A stretch of DNA of 63,960 bases, counting the filler, from Lenisia limosa (Eukaryota > Protista > Breviatea): assembly GCA_001655205.1 (NCBI GenBank). It is 12 parts of 12 records of this genome, joined end to end, with 100 filler letters (N's around TTAATTAATTAA, not from the genome) between each part and the next. Parts side by side here need not be neighbours in the genome. Positions count along the whole stretch, not along the records: positions 1 to 9,402 come from LPNZ01007851.1; positions 9,503 to 25,708 come from LPNZ01010319.1; 10 more parts are not named here. The stretch is one strand, 5' to 3'. The position numbers were made by a program, and so were the translations under genes. The notes under the pieces were generated by a model. It had not been told where the DNA came from and made no database searches. It saw nothing but the letters and a program-made list of their open reading frames with translations. This document shows positions 1 through 11,673 of this stretch, one piece after another (within the stretch, counting starts at the first letter, position 1; each line of letters opens with the position of its first letter).

Positions 1-2
1 CC

Positions 3-940
3 AAAAAGCCTGTCCCCGTCCCTCCCCTGCGTCTTCACTCACACCAGGCTCCTGAAAGGCCGCCTTCCCGGTGAGCTGCCTATATCTGTGTAAAATCTGC
101 AATCCAAAAATATCTCAACTTTCAATTTCTTTCATAATTTAATATACTAAACATATGTAATAAATATACTGGATTAAATACCCATTTTGAAACGTGTTGT
201 AAACGCCTTCATCACTTTGCGTTAGATAACGGTGGGTGTATTATATTAGCGTTTCTGAGAGTTATTGATTTCCCTTGCACATTATCTATTTATTTATGTA
301 TTTAGCCATATTTCCCAAACAGTCCCCTTAAACGAGCCGTCTATTCCTGAATCAGAAAGTGGGGGGGGGGGGGNNNNNNNNNNNNNNNNNNNNNNNNNNN
401 NNNNNNNNNNNNNNNNNNNNNNNNNNNNNNNNNNNNNNNNNNNNNNNNNNNNNNNNNNNNNNNNNNNNNNNNNNNNNNNNNNNNNNNNNNNNNNNNACCT
501 TATACCTTCTTTTTAGAAATTGAGACTCTTCCGCGTGAAGCATCTCCAAGTCTCCGTGGCGAATTACTCAGGTTGGATGACAAAATTATTATTATCTTCA
601 GATACATTGCTGTTTTCGGCGCTTTGTGATTTCAGTGTTGGGATGTAATGTTTCAATCACTAGTCAACTCTTTCCCACTCTTATACCAGCTTACCTAATA
701 GAGAGCGACTCAAGTCTCGCGTTTTAGACCTGGGGCTACAGTCTGAGGACTACGATGATCTGCCAACAGAAGTGGGGGAAGGTATTGTTAAAGAGTTGTG
801 ATAAAACCAGGACATGGAGCTTGAAACAGGATTCAACTTACTGTCAAGGGTCTGGAGCCACCCCCATCATTAGAGGCTCTCATGATGTCCTAAGCCCCCA
901 TCCGGAGATGATCCTCCAAAGGGGGAAACGTACCTCGTTG
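3..940 (+). CDS. Fragment of a multi-exon gene, unassigned
   Basis: Exon 517-571, a 30-nt GT-AG intron at 572-601 and the next exon read IETLPREASPSLRGELLRYIAVFGAL. Further exon-like segments lie at 3-70 and 730-860. No family recognised. Confidence 0.3.
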
Positions 941-1949
941 TAGGGTTTGCGTTTATTTTGATCGGAATTTGTATTATGTTAGTTTTTGTATGATAGGTTT
1001 TTGAATGGCAGCTTTAGGTACAATTAGAGTGACTTTTTTCAAGAGAAGTGTGTGTGTCTGTGGGGGGGGGGTCACAGAACATTATTATCATGAAGTATCT
1101 GCCTTTGTGGCGTGATATAAAATGTTCTGGGTGACGTCACGTCATTCCATATAGGCAAATGGTACAAAGATTAAGCGTTTTTATAAAAACCGAAGAGAAC
1201 CCTAGTACCACTTCAGGGAAGACTAGCGAACAGCTACCCAAATCTGAAGAGTAAGACGAAATTTTACTGTTGCCGTGAAAATTCACATTGCTTTGCCAAT
1301 CAAAACTTTAGAGTTTTCGTATCTTCAACCCTATGCCATTCCATTCTATTCTATTCCTGCCATTGCGGTATTGCCACTTGGGTATGCTATCGTATCTTAC
1401 GCCCACCTGCTGTTGACCAGAAGTCAGCATCGCCTCTGTGACCACCGAAGCGTCATATTCCGAGTACACTGCGGAGGATTTTTTCATACTAAACAGCTGA
1501 GGACGATCTTTTCATGTTGGAATTCGAATACATCACTTTGTATGCCCACTTACTCGGTTAATCCAAAACTAGAGTAAGTTTTACACTGGCCGGTGAAACA
1601 CGTTCTACATGCATGAGGCGTTATTATTATGTAATATACAGTTCACTGAATGGTTATAAAATAAAAACATGGATGACGAGACGACTTTCTTCCCAAAAGG
1701 GGCTGTTTCCACAATAACCTTAAAAAAGATTCCCAAACCCCCTCCAGTTGGTAACCGTGATTTACCACCCCAACCTATACAAGCTGTCCCAATAGATTGC
1801 CATTGACTGTTTTGAGCCAGCATTTTCGCAGGAGTATCTTGCAAGATCAAGCGCTGCAGATTTAGAGTGAAAAAGACGGTAACAATGAACTTTTTACCTT
1901 CTCGGTGCGCATTTAGTTATTATGTATTGCCAGTTCATAGTTTCTGATT

Positions 1950-3270
1950 TCACATGTAGACATGGCAATATTTGTTGAATAAGCAAACTCCTCCTCACCC
2001 ACCGATGTAGTTCGAAGGTGATGATGCTCTTTCAGTTAAAAGAGACTCGAGAAGATAAAACTCGTAGCCATATTGCCTCCTCGGCGTTTCGCCAGCAGGT
2101 GAAATGAATGCCTTGGAGAGTCAGTGGAACAGCAGTTTTCTTGTCGTAGGAGTTTGCATTTTGTCTTCATTCCAAGAAGACAAGCTCACATCTGCTTTGA
2201 CACATGATTCTCCTGAGATTGCTGTTGGGCTGAAAACAGTGTCGAAGGATGTGCCCGAAGGTACCTGTTGAGGTTGTAAGTTGGATTCAAATAAAAAAAT
2301 CCTGTGAAATATGTAGAGATGATTAATAAATTACTGTCAAGCAAAATGGAAGGCAATACAAAAAAAAAATAACAACAATACAATGGTGTTATAACAAAGA
2401 AAATTTGCCATGAGAGTGTGGAACCCCTCACCTTAAACCCGTAAACATCGGTGATGGATGACCCGACTCCGATGATGACTTCGGAGAAGGTGTTCTTCAA
2501 GAGCCTGGTAGAGTGAACCATCTGATTACAAGGATACGATTCATATTCTTTTCCCAATCACTCTTTGGTCATCACATCATTTTCCACGCAGATATCACCT
2601 CATTTCCACTAGTGCCAATGATGCTCTTACGAGGTGATCCCTTGTGTTATCCCCGTTCTTGAACACCACTCAAGAAAGTGAAAATACTCCACCAACCTGG
2701 GGGGAAGGCTGAAGGTCGTGTCGCTTTGAACTCCAAAAGGAATGTTGATCTGATAGTTAAACGAGATAGCCAGTTGAATGAACGCAATAAGAGGCAATCA
2801 AAGGGCCGCATTTAACAGAGCTTCACTTTCGATTCAACAAAAAGACTGAATTCTGGGTAAATCACCGAGAAACATCAATCTTTGCAGGCTTCTTGTCAAA
2901 AAGATCTTTGATAGTTCAATTTGCAATGAAGTGCTTTGATACCATCAACATAATCCCGTTTACCTTGCTGATATAGTCGTAAAGGAAAGAACTTTCAGCT
3001 GGGGCTTTAACAGATTTCGCCACAACCGTCCAGCCGCCTCCGAATAGCGTCTACGAAGTGAATAATTAAATTGTGTTAAGGTAGAAACACTTAATTGTGT
3101 CTTCAATACGTATCCTGCATTTTAGCCAGTTCAACATATCAACGTTTTTGATCCACATATTCTCAATACACCCCCTCACCCCAAGGCACTGTACTTCTTG
3201 GAGGGAATCGTCACTTAAACTCAAAGTCCGAACCTCGTCAACTGTAACGCCTTGACAGTCGGGATCTAGG
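1950..3270 (-). CDS. Multi-exon gene, unassigned
   Basis: Exon-like segments with GT/AG ends, e.g. MVHSTRLLKNTFSEVIIGVGSSITDVYGFK|gtgagg and LKVLPLRLYQQ|DLFDKKPAKIDVSR. Frame joins are not fully resolved. Confidence 0.35.
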
Positions 3271-6200
3271 CTCCCGTGAAATGCGTCTGAATGTCATAGT
3301 ATATGATCATATCACTTGTAGATATAATTTATATATATATATATGCATATATATCATATGTACATGTACATGTACATACATAATTAATATAATTAATATA
3401 CACTATATACATAATTATATGATATATAACATCTATATATATGATATATACTATATATAGCTATACATATGATATACATACATACATACATACATAGTAT
3501 ATAGTAGTTTTGGATGTTTTTAATAAGCGTTCGCGTCATGTGAGTGTTCGCGTTCATGTATAGTCACCTATATATAAAAATATAGAAATATATCATATAG
3601 TTTTGAGGGTTTGATTCGAAAATGGAACAGCGTTCGAGTCCATGTGAGTGTTCGCGTTCATTTATGGTCTACAAATATATAGCATATCATATACTATACC
3701 ATGTATACTATATCACATAGATATGATATAGCTATTATACAATGATATATTATATATAATCTTGATATTACAACTAATTATCAGTACAGACGGTATTTCT
3801 ATAAATTTCGATCAGAGTTCAGTTATACACCAATTCTACCCCCAGTATTCTATCTTGATATTCCGATAATGCATTGTGTTATCCCTGTACAATCGTAACA
3901 CTAGTAAGTTGAGTAACTCCACTCACAATTATCGTGTAGTGTCTCGAGAGCCAGCACTACGTCAAGTGATTCCAATAAAATTATGCAAATGACTTCACAA
4001 GACAAAATTACTCATATATGATGATAAAAAACCAATAATTTTGTCTCAGGCTGAATATAAAACCTTTATGTTTCAGGGATATTGGTTACCTAGTGAAAAG
4101 AAGAACCCATGTCAATGTTTTACAGCAACGTCACTTACAGACCCCTTCGCCCCAGCTCCTCAACACTCAAGCCTGACGATGTGATGAAGTCGTTTGCCGT
4201 CACATTTTTGGTGATAACAACAGCCTCGTTGGTGTCAATGATCCTATATATGAGTTGAAATAAGAGAAATCTGGAAATCTGGAATAAATCAGATTATAAA
4301 TTAATGTCTGATATTCAAAATTGACTTTATTTTTGGATTCTCATTCTATGTTTTAGCGTTTTAGCCAGTTTGAGGTTTGAATGCTTGTTTTATCAATGCT
4401 TCAGATATTCCAGCCAGTGGTGTTTTATGTTTTACCAATGTTCAATCTTCTTATTATATTCCAATTAAAACATATCAATTGGGGAAAAACACCCCATTTT
4501 CCAGCCTAGGCAATTCCAGGTTCCAGATTCCAGATTTCCCTTTCACCCTTTCGTTGAAAAGAGGAAAAGAGAAGGACCTCAATGCCGCCAACCATGCAGT
4601 AGCTCCATTTTTGAGTAACATAAATGATGAGAGAAGGGCAAGCCATAGAAGGGTCTTCATCATCCAAAACAAGTTGCCTTCAATTTCAATATTAATCAAT
4701 ACCACTGCCCTAATTCTCTCTTCTCACTATCAAATTATTAAATTATTATTATCTTTTATGATTATGCGTTTAATTTTTCAGCTGAAAAACGGGGTAAGTT
4801 CATCCCTCCCCCCCCCCCCCCCGGGGGGGNNNNNNNNNNNNNNNNNNNNNNNNNNNNNNNNNNNNNNNNNNNNNNNNNNNNNNNNNNNNNNNNNNATCGG
4901 TTCGGAAAACGGGATGGATATGCTTTAAATACTGTGTTAAGATATAAAGCGCGAGAGAGTCGAGTAAAAGTCCTTTTATTATGACAAGTGGAAATTTTGC
5001 ATTATTACCTTCTGATGCTCCTTTAGTGGAATAGAGCTTTTCAATGAATTCTAGGGAGGTTTTGGAGAAGTCCTCATCACCTTTTTATCGGCCAGAATAG
5101 TGATGAGAATCACTGATCAGGGCAAAACTCAAAATTTCTTCCCAAACGTATCCTTTTTTTCGGAATTCTCTTGCCCCTCTAACTGTTGTTATGGTTGTTT
5201 AAAATGCAGCTCATCAAAACAGGAATTTTTTGCTCTGATTCAAGACTTATCCTTCCTCCCACTTGCCTACCCCCTTTTGTCATTTTGTATTTTCTCACCT
5301 CTCATCACCATTCCTTTCGACTTACTCTGTAGTTTTACTCAATAGATAAATGATTCCTTTGTTTGCAATCACGCTGTGAGTAGGTTACGGTATTTGTGTT
5401 TATACTAGCCTTCAATATCTGACGCTGACGCATGTAGTTTATTGTGCTCTCTATTTCAATCTACTACGACGACATCTCGGTGTCTACTGAAGTTAGATGT
5501 CTCTGTCTTTAGTAGATGTTATTCTGGACAATCTGAAAAGGTTGGACGAAACTGATTTTCCCCCAGAGGAAGATTGTAAATGTGCTTTTTGTAACAAATC
5601 ATACAATATTCAAGGGACATTTATGACGCTCAAGACAAGCGAGGACTTTCTCAAAAACAACGGTTAGATCGGGTTAAACCTGCCAGAAAATGGTTTTTTT
5701 TTTTTTTTTTNNNNNNNNNNNNNNNNNNNNNNNNNNNNNNNNNNNNNNNNNNNNNNNNNNNNNNNNNNNNNNNNNNTATACCAAATTGTTGTAACATTTC
5801 ATTTTGAAACAATAGGACCTTTAAGGTATCATCATAATCCAGCCGCTTTGGATCTCCATGTAATTACAGGTTTAAATCTACAGATATTGTTGAAAATTGA
5901 TTTTCCAACTTAAAAACAATTGCTGGAACACCAACTCTTCATAAATTTTTAAAATACCTTCCTAGTATATTGAGAACATTCTATATAACAGTTTTAAAAA
6001 GTTATATTTTGTAACACAGACATCCAACATATATTATCATGATGACCTTGATGCAACACCATTGGTTCTTCAGTACGATCAAGACACCAAAGAAGCCCAT
6101 CATCAAACAAAAGAGAAGAGTATCCACAAGCCATCCCCCATGTTGGCAAACTCAGCACGCGGGGAATAGGTTACCAAAGGAGCGGGCGGCAATCCAGATG

Positions 6201-6589
6201 GTCTCTAATTACACATTATTTAATTTGTTTCCGTTTCTGTTCATTACGTTAGTTCCAGGGAGATAGATTTTGGTTTTATCTTTTCCATGTGAATTTTTCA
6301 CAATAGTATACCAAAAACGTAAAATATGTATAACATCAAGAAGAGTTCCCTCTTGAGAAGTAATATTTCAATATATATTACCTGAAAAGAAATTGACATA
6401 ACTAGTGGAGAAACAAGCTGTACACCAGCAAAACACCTAATAATAAACAATCATAATAATTTAGTGGGACATCTCATCAAGACTGGATGATACTCTCTCC
6501 TGGAATAATTAGCATCAGGTAGCATCAGGTGTATGCACATATCCAAGACGCACCTTTTCCCTCACATTCTGATGAAGAGTTGGGAGGGG

Positions 6590-9402
6590 GTTACTGAATG
6601 TCACTCCGCCTGAAGAGCTTTTCTGAAGTCAAATGAGTACTCTGCTATTATTGAACCACAAAACAAATATCTATAATTCTTTGGATCACGTCATGTACAA
6701 AATGACCACAAATAGATATATTTCCACCACAAAATCCAAGTTCGCAATTATGCATTTTCCCTTATAGTGAGATTAAATTCGCCCATGATACAATCCATTA
6801 GTGGAAAGAAACGACGGTGCTCTCACAGTTAAGCCTCTGGGAGTCTTCGGGGTCCTCGGCGTTCTAGGGGTTAGTTCAGTGATCAGGTCTTCGAGGTAGT
6901 CAGAACCGTCCAAGCTGGCGTCACTAATGACCCTCTTCAGAGAGGACCTTGGGAGGGTAAAAAGAAATGGTTTGATAGCCCACAACAGTTCTTCAAATAA
7001 CTGCACAATTTTTATCATGGGAATAAGAGGATTATATTTTCAAAATGAGTGGTCGTCAAATAATGTAGTATATCATATATTGACGACTACCCTCACGCCA
7101 AACACAAAAAGCATGCAAACTTTGGCGTTGGTGGCGCAGGACTGCAGTTCCAATTTAGGACGTAGCCCGACTGGAATGGTCTGTGGTCAAGTTGGGAGAG
7201 GGCCTCGTCATCAGCCCACATCTCGAGGTTCGAGGGCATCTTTGATAACCTTGAGGGTCATTGTGTTCTAAGGGTTCTTATGGCATACGAGTCACGGTCC
7301 GATATAATGATCTACAAGGCCTACTTCAGTTTTGGAACGGCCATGGACTTCTTAGCATTATCAGGCAACAGGCAGTCTTTTGATGTGGCAGCAGGGAGGA
7401 CTCCATTGGACTGAACCTCCATCATTCCAATAGAGTCAGTCAAAACGTACTGGAATTGTGAAGTGATGAGTTGCTGTAATAGTATAATGCTGGCTATCAT
7501 TAACGGGTGAAGATATGTTTGCAGAGTGGAGATATGAGCTTCATAATTACACATTTGAACATAAAAAAAAACCATTTGAAAAAAACAATTCCATCTAAAG
7601 AAGAATAGTTTGAAAACCGCCTGCGGTAGCTGTAACAACAAATTGGCTAAATAGGCACCAATGAATCGGCTTCTATGATATGATCTTCTTCATCGTGTTT
7701 TCACCAGAAAAGGTACCAACTCAATATAACTCCCCCACTGAAATGAACAGTTTATGTAGCCAACCTTGGAGTTATTGTTGTAATAGCTTGGGATGTTGTC
7801 ATAAGATGAGTCATCTGACATATGGGACTCCGAAAACGGGGTGTTGCACTGCGTCCGTGGCTGGGATATAGTGAATTGCATTTGATATAATATCATCTAA
7901 GGTATTATATTGACCCTATGCGGTTTAACGATATCGATATATCGCATACTATTGGAGTCTTTGACACATTCATATTCTGACGAATCAACACGGCAGTCAC
8001 ATAGACCAGGTTGACAGCAATAATCACAAGAATAGTGACGATACACAAGACAAGCGCGATTCCGGAAAGCTTGTCAAAGAATAGCTTAATTGTAAGTAGA
8101 TGGATTATATTACAAAAAAATAACATTCAATATAAGGTACACCAATATCATGATCTATACTCATATCATTCAATATAAGGAACACCAATAGCATGATCTC
8201 TACTCATATCATTCAATATAAGGTACACCAATATCATGATCTCTACTCATATCATTCAATATAAGGTACATCAATATCATGATCTCTACTCATATCATTT
8301 TTACTCTTTCTCAACATATGATATGCTATACTACTACAAAAAATGTCCATCTGCCCCACCAACCACTCCAAACACCAGGGTGAGGAGACACGAGAAAAGC
8401 GTCCATGACTCAAGCCGGTTCAGGTCGGGTGAACGGTAGGGTCGATGAAGGGAGTGGACGTAGAGGCTCACAAGGAAGACTATGAGGATGGAGGACGCCA
8501 AGAGAAGGGGACGACTGTGGGAGTTAAATGGAGAAGACAAATGTAGAAGCAAACATGAACCACTGTACATTTGTACTGATAGAATCTTGCTCATTATCTT
8601 GATATAAAACAATTGCAAAGGTATAACAATACATGGCCATTTCACAATATGTACTGAGAGAACACGTTAATTCAGCCCACACAATATATCCCAAAACCCC
8701 CCATTTTTTATATCATAAGCAAATGCAATAGAGAGTGCCAATCATATGCCTTACAACTCTGTGCACACACGTAAAAGTACCAGACTCCTTCCCTCCTACG
8801 AGTCGACAAAAGTCAGGCAAATCACAAAAGAGATTGACCGTAGCATGACGACCAACTCCCACATGTAGAGCCTCTCTTGGAACCGTGTGTAGAGGAATCC
8901 GTATCTAAAGCAGTTAAAATGAAATTAGAGGTTCAAAAAAATCATATCTAAAAATCTGATAAAACTGTTTAAATTATCCATAAAGAATTAGACAATGATT
9001 TTACCATCCATATATCTATTCATAATAAGCCCATTTCCGCACACCTCGCGAGTGACAATTTGGCTTGGAGGCCATGGCGCTTTGCTCTCAACAGAACAAA
9101 CAGGGTAATGAGTGGTACGCCCGAGATGAAGACCAGCATTGCAGCCACGGCCATGGGCAAGTAGGTCAAATGGTCGCCTTCGTAGCACTGCTGGTAGGGC
9201 GCTGGATGGTGACGGGAATCTTGCCGCTGAATTGGCTGCATTTCAAACAAATTACTCATAGTATAATCCCAGTTGAATAACAAAACAGTCCCTTTTAAGA
9301 CCAGTTTGCTACGACAATGGCCGCTTGAGCGTACCAGCATCCAGGGTAATGGACCCGTCATCCTGCAGCGTGCAGTCGAAGTACTCCAGGATGAAGCCTG
9401 AA
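6590..9402 (-). CDS. C-terminal multi-pass transmembrane region of a large protist membrane protein (5' truncated at scaffold end)
   Basis: Spliced exons give FILEYFDCTLQDDGSITLDA / PYQQCYEGDHLTYLPMAVAAMLVFISGVPLITL / YGFLYTRFQERLYMWELVVMLR / HRPYRSPDLNRLESWTL. This is the YGFLY...WE..R pattern of the common protist 7-8 TM tail family. The 3' end is approximate. Confidence 0.7.
8124..8299. repeat. Intronic minisatellite, 43-bp unit x4
   Basis: cattcaatataaggtacaccaatatcatgatctctactcatat at 8124, 8167, 8210 and 8253. Confidence 0.95.
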
Positions 9403-9502
9403 NNNNNNNNNNNNNNNNNNNNNNNNNNNNNNNNNNNNNNNNNNNNTTAATTAATTAANNNNNNNNNNNNNNNNNNNNNNNNNNNNNNNNNNNNNNNNNN
9501 NN
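9403..9502. other. Artificial scaffold linker (44 N + TTAATTAATTAA + 44 N); the same 12-mer is at 9447, 25753, 32768, 38130, 40850, 45420, 48148, 52132, 54241, 61265, 62839
   Basis: Identical 12-mer with stops in all six frames embedded in N runs, 11 times. This is a pseudomolecule spacer, not biology. Confidence 0.97.
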
Positions 9503-10019
9503 CCCCCCCCCCCTTATACCACATCATTGGACTCTGGTCACCTTGCTACATTTTTTCACACTTCTTAATGATACTGTGCGTATTTATTAGCATTTTACTC
9601 TTATTGTTCATATATATTACGCCTGCCGGTTAATTTTGCTAAGGCTGGCTTGGGCTTCTTTTTTTTTTGTGTTTTTGTCATTTGGTTTTTGTCTAGTTTA
9701 AGCGTTGGTTGGAGTTTCAGATTATTCGGTTCGTAATTAGTACCTTTACGCCAATATTCTTTATCGAAATTTCCTTCGTTTTACCCCCCCCCCCCNNNNN
9801 NNNNNNNNNNNNNNNNNNNNNNNNNNNNNNNNNNNNNNNNNNNNNNNNNNNNNNNNNNNNNNNNNNNNNNNTTCACAACGCACGTGTCAACGAGTAGATA
9901 GATGTAAGAAGGTAATATAATGTATAGTAATCAAAATGTAACAATGGGTTTCGACATGATCAGTTAAACAGGCCTTTGTACTGTGGTAATGGGAGTAAGC
10001 CTGATCACAAAGGCAGTTA

Positions 10020-11103
10020 TCAAACCACAAGCACGCTTTTCAATTGGTTGTCAGATTCCCTTTGGGCAATGGGAACCATTCCCTCCACATAGCAATAAGG
10101 AACCCCAAGATGAACTCTTAATGGTAACAAAACAGAAAAGCTCACCTGTGTTTGCAACTGTATCCATGGCGTTGCAATCTCACGAAGGTTATGCCCAGCA
10201 TACAGTAATACGTTCCAATCCCCGTAAAGAAGTGCCTAAAGGTCAAAGGGTCTTTGATTCATACCACATTGCATGAAGCTTGAAAAGGTTGACAACATTG
10301 GAACAAAGAGTCATGTCGATTAACCAACAAATGCCAGCAATTGCGGTAAGTATTGACCCAGCCTTAATTATGTCATTTCATCTAGAGCATCAACCAACAA
10401 TGTACATTCTTTTCACCACTTTGGGAGTTCGCTCAAGTTGGAGCCTGTGCATTGAAATCACAAAAACGGAAGTTGCCTTGAGTCAATCAGTGACAGGACC
10501 ACTTACAATTAAAACGTAAAGAAGCTGGAAAAGGATTGCAATGGGATAAACAGTGTAGGACCCGATTGCAATTAAGTTAAAGAGTACCAAACAAGGCTTT
10601 GACCATTGATGCTACGAAATTCAGTCAAAAAATGATCCCACTTTGTGATTAATTTCATCTTCAAGAAGGTTGTAAACAAGAAGGCTAGCAGAGAAAAGCT
10701 GGACAATAATCACAGCACAGTTCTTACCATTGGTAACTCATCAAATAGTTGGACATGATATCGCAAACTTGCATGAAAAGCAACAGAGCCCAACCCCATA
10801 AATGCAATTGATAAATAAGTTGCTGTAAGCCGTAATTCAGTATAACGTCGGATAAGGAAGAGACCCATTAAGAAAAGATAGACATAAATAAAGGATGATG
10901 CTGAAAGTTAGTATGTGATTTCCTTACTTGAGTTGAAAAATTCAGATATCCATTTGACCATTGAAAAATTTGGTTCGCAAAAGTCAACGTTGGCATTTGT
11001 CTCCCAGTAACCTGAGTAAATTTACTAGGGCATTATTGAACAAACCCTCATGGTCACACGGCCGGTCCCACCATCCGTCATCTACTTCTCCACAGAGGCC
11101 CAT
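10020..11103 (-). CDS. ACER: Alkaline ceramidase (ACER/CREST family), complete, about 8 short introns
   Basis: Spliced: GYWETNANVDFCEPNFSMVKWISEFFNS...LGSVAFHASLRYHVQLFDELPM...KLHAMWHFFTGIG. Matches the ACER motifs CE.NY, GS..FH..L, DELPM and H..WH. Ends TGA TAA. Confidence 0.92.
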
Positions 11104-11673
11104 GATAGCTTGAGATGTTTTTGAAAGGTAGATACTAGGTTCAACAATTCTAAACTTGTTCTTGTATTGTACAAAACAAGAGACAAAATAGAACAATAAA
11201 TGCCTCTAGAAGATCGTTGAAGATTTCGAGTCGAGATATATTAACAGATTTAAAGGCCGGTGTAGACTGCAACTTGCCTTATTGGGAAGTCGCGTCCGTG
11301 TGCAGCCGGTCTCAAGTTTCCGGCACCCCGGACCCCGAAACCGCTTGGTATTTCCCTTTCAAATTCATTCCTCAGAAATTCCCTTCATTTTCTCTTCTTC
11401 CCCGCCTCTTCTTCTGACCTGCGCAAAACACCAGTCACTAAAATTTTGATAAATCAGCCTCTGAACCAGCGTGTTTTATCTTGTGTCACCCTAGCACTCA
11501 AACTTCTCGTCCTCGGTTAAGTTGCTTTCCGTCTTCGTCGTAGAGGAGCCTTCCCACTCGCCACATTCCGTACACTTCAATACGTTCCGCTCAGCTCGTG
11601 AGGTGGCTCGTGAGAAGGTCCTTTTACTCAGAAAGGGGAAAATAAACGAAGCTCTCTAGTTTTTTGTTCTTCA

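Noticed and set aside
1400-3060. Possible UGA-to-Trp recoding (several plausible-looking frames are interrupted only by TGA)
   Set aside because: Every conserved Trp I could check (EIPR1, CHO2, BCD1, PWP2, ACER, WDR62) is TGG. UFD1 ends in TGA at the expected position, and short introns remove the apparent in-frame TGAs where I could test them.
3330-3800. AT-rich (TA/CATA)n tracts with a ~100-bp duplication (also 48205-48420)
   Set aside because: Ordinary low-complexity intronic or intergenic sequence with no further structure.
11610-11640. U5 snRNA loop-like CCTTTTACT
   Set aside because: It lacks the invariant GCCUUUUAC context, a convincing stem and an Sm site.
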